Below are positions 62,531-64,000 of a DNA stretch of 64,000 nt, piece after piece (the stretch's first letter is position 1; each line of letters opens with the position of its first letter). Location: NCBI RefSeq assembly GCF_039654945.1, contig NW_027361688.1, forward strand, positions 4,836,001-4,900,000, in the 5' to 3' direction. Source of the stretch: Dendrobates tinctorius. Its lineage: Eukaryota. The position numbers and the translations under genes are program-made. The notes beneath the pieces are model-generated. The model saw nothing but the letters and a program-made list of their open reading frames with translations. It was not told where the DNA came from and searched no databases.

Positions 62531-64000
62531 CTGTGTGTGTACGAGGTGTACGGAGCGGAGCCGCGTGTGTACGAGGTGTACGGAGCGGAGCCGCGTGTGT
62601 GCGAGGTGTACGGAGCGGAACCGCGTGTGTACGAGGTGTACGGAGCGGAACCGTGTGTGTACGAGGTGTACGGAGCGGAACCGTGTGTGTACGAGGTGTA
62701 CGGAGCGGAACCGTGTGTGTACGAGGTGTACGGAGCGGAACAGTGTGTGTACGAGGTGTACGGAGCGGAGCCGTGAGTGTACGAGGTGTACGGAGCAGAG
62801 CCCCGTGTGTACGAGGTGTACGGAGCGGAGCCGTGTGTGTACGAGGTGTACGGAGCGGAGCCGTGTGTGTACGAGGTGTACGGAGCAGAGCCGTGAGTGT
62901 ACGAGGTGTACGGAGCAGAGCCCCCTGTGTGTACGAGGTGTACGGAGCGGAGCCGTGAGTGTACGAGGTGTACGGAGCGGAGCCGTGAGTGTACGAGGTG
63001 TACGGAGCGGAGCCGTGAGTGTACGAGGTGTACGGAGCGGAGCCGTGAGTGTACGAGGTGTACGGAGCGGAGCCGTGAGTGTACGAGGTGTACGGAGCGG
63101 AGCCGTGAGTGTACGAGGTGTACGGAGCGGAGCCGTGAGTGTACGAGGTGTACGGAGCGGAGCCGTGAGTGTACGAGGTGTACGGAGCGGAGCCGTGAGT
63201 GTACGAGGTGTACGGAGCGGAGCCGTGAGTGTACGAGGTGTACGGAGCGGAGCCGTGAGTGTACGAGGTGTACGGAGCGGAGCCGTGAGTGTACGAGGTG
63301 TACGGAGCGGAGCCGTGAGTGTACGAGGTGTACGGAGCGGAGCCGTGAGTGTACGAGGTGTACGGAGCGGAGCCGTGAGTGTACGAGGTGTACGGAGCGG
63401 AGCCGTGAGTGTACGAGGTGTACGGAGCGGAGCCGTGAGTGTACGAGGTGTACGGAGCGGAGCCGTGAGTGTACGAGGTGTACGGAGCGGAGCCGTGAGT
63501 GTACGAGGTGTACGGAGCGGAGCCGTGTGTGTACGAGGTGTACGGAGAGGAGCCGTGTGTACGAGGTGTACGGAGAGGAGCCGTGTGTACGAGATGTACG
63601 GAGCGGAGCCGTGTGTGTGTACGAGGTGGAGCCGTGTGTGTACGAGGTGTACTTAGAGGAGCCGTGTGTATGAGGTGTACGGAGCGGAGCCGTGTGTGTG
63701 TACGAGGTGGAGCCGTGTGTGTACGAGGTGTACTTAGAGGAGCCGTGTGTATGAGGTGTACGGAGCGGAGCCGTGTGTGTGTACGAGGTGGAGCCGTGTG
63801 TATGAGGTGTACGGAGAGGAGCCGCGCGTGTACGAGGTGTACGGAGAGGAGCCGCGCGTGTACGAGGTGTACGGAGAGGAGCCGCGCGTGTACGAGGTGT
63901 ACGGAGAGGAGCCGCGCGTGTACGAGGTGTACGGAGAGGAGCCGCGCGTGTACGAGGTGTACGGAGAGGAGCCGCGCGTGTACGAGGTGTACGGAGAGGA
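62531..64000. repeat. 30-bp minisatellite, second copy, running off the window end
   Basis: Direct tandem repeat. Confidence 0.97.

Noticed and set aside
59307-63673. YEVYGAEP / CTRCTERS repeat ORFs
   Set aside because: Translation of the 30-bp minisatellite.

Overview
Vertebrate genomic DNA, very probably a frog (inferred from the single-exon TRIM25-like genes and the MITE/minisatellite landscape). Two conserved neighbours are recognisable from the translated sequence. TMEM140 is on the + strand with a single coding exon (12805-13413). CYREN/MRI is on the - strand with three coding exons (57901-57296) and is absent from the ORF track; its Ku-binding motif RLLPSW, central RTVYCMNE motif and C-terminal KYVREIFFS were assembled by hand. 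These genes lie tail-to-tail in human, but here about 44 kb separates them. The gap holds five intronless RING-Bbox1-Bbox2-coiled-coil TRIM genes that all lack PRY/SPRY: one divergent copy plus four near-identical copies in a recent 5.5-6.8 kb tandem cassette. Each cassette also carries a 31-nt U2 snRNA fragment just upstream of the TRIM start, a hairpin downstream of the stop, a MITE and a variable 34-bp minisatellite. The rest of the window is large minisatellites (43, 36, 28/35, 34, 28, 20 and 30 bp units), a young 5'-truncated CR1, a frameshifted Rex1/Babar-like LINE, a solo LTR, MITEs and a second 3.1-kb tandem duplication. The very long ORFs in the track are artefacts of stop-free repeats.
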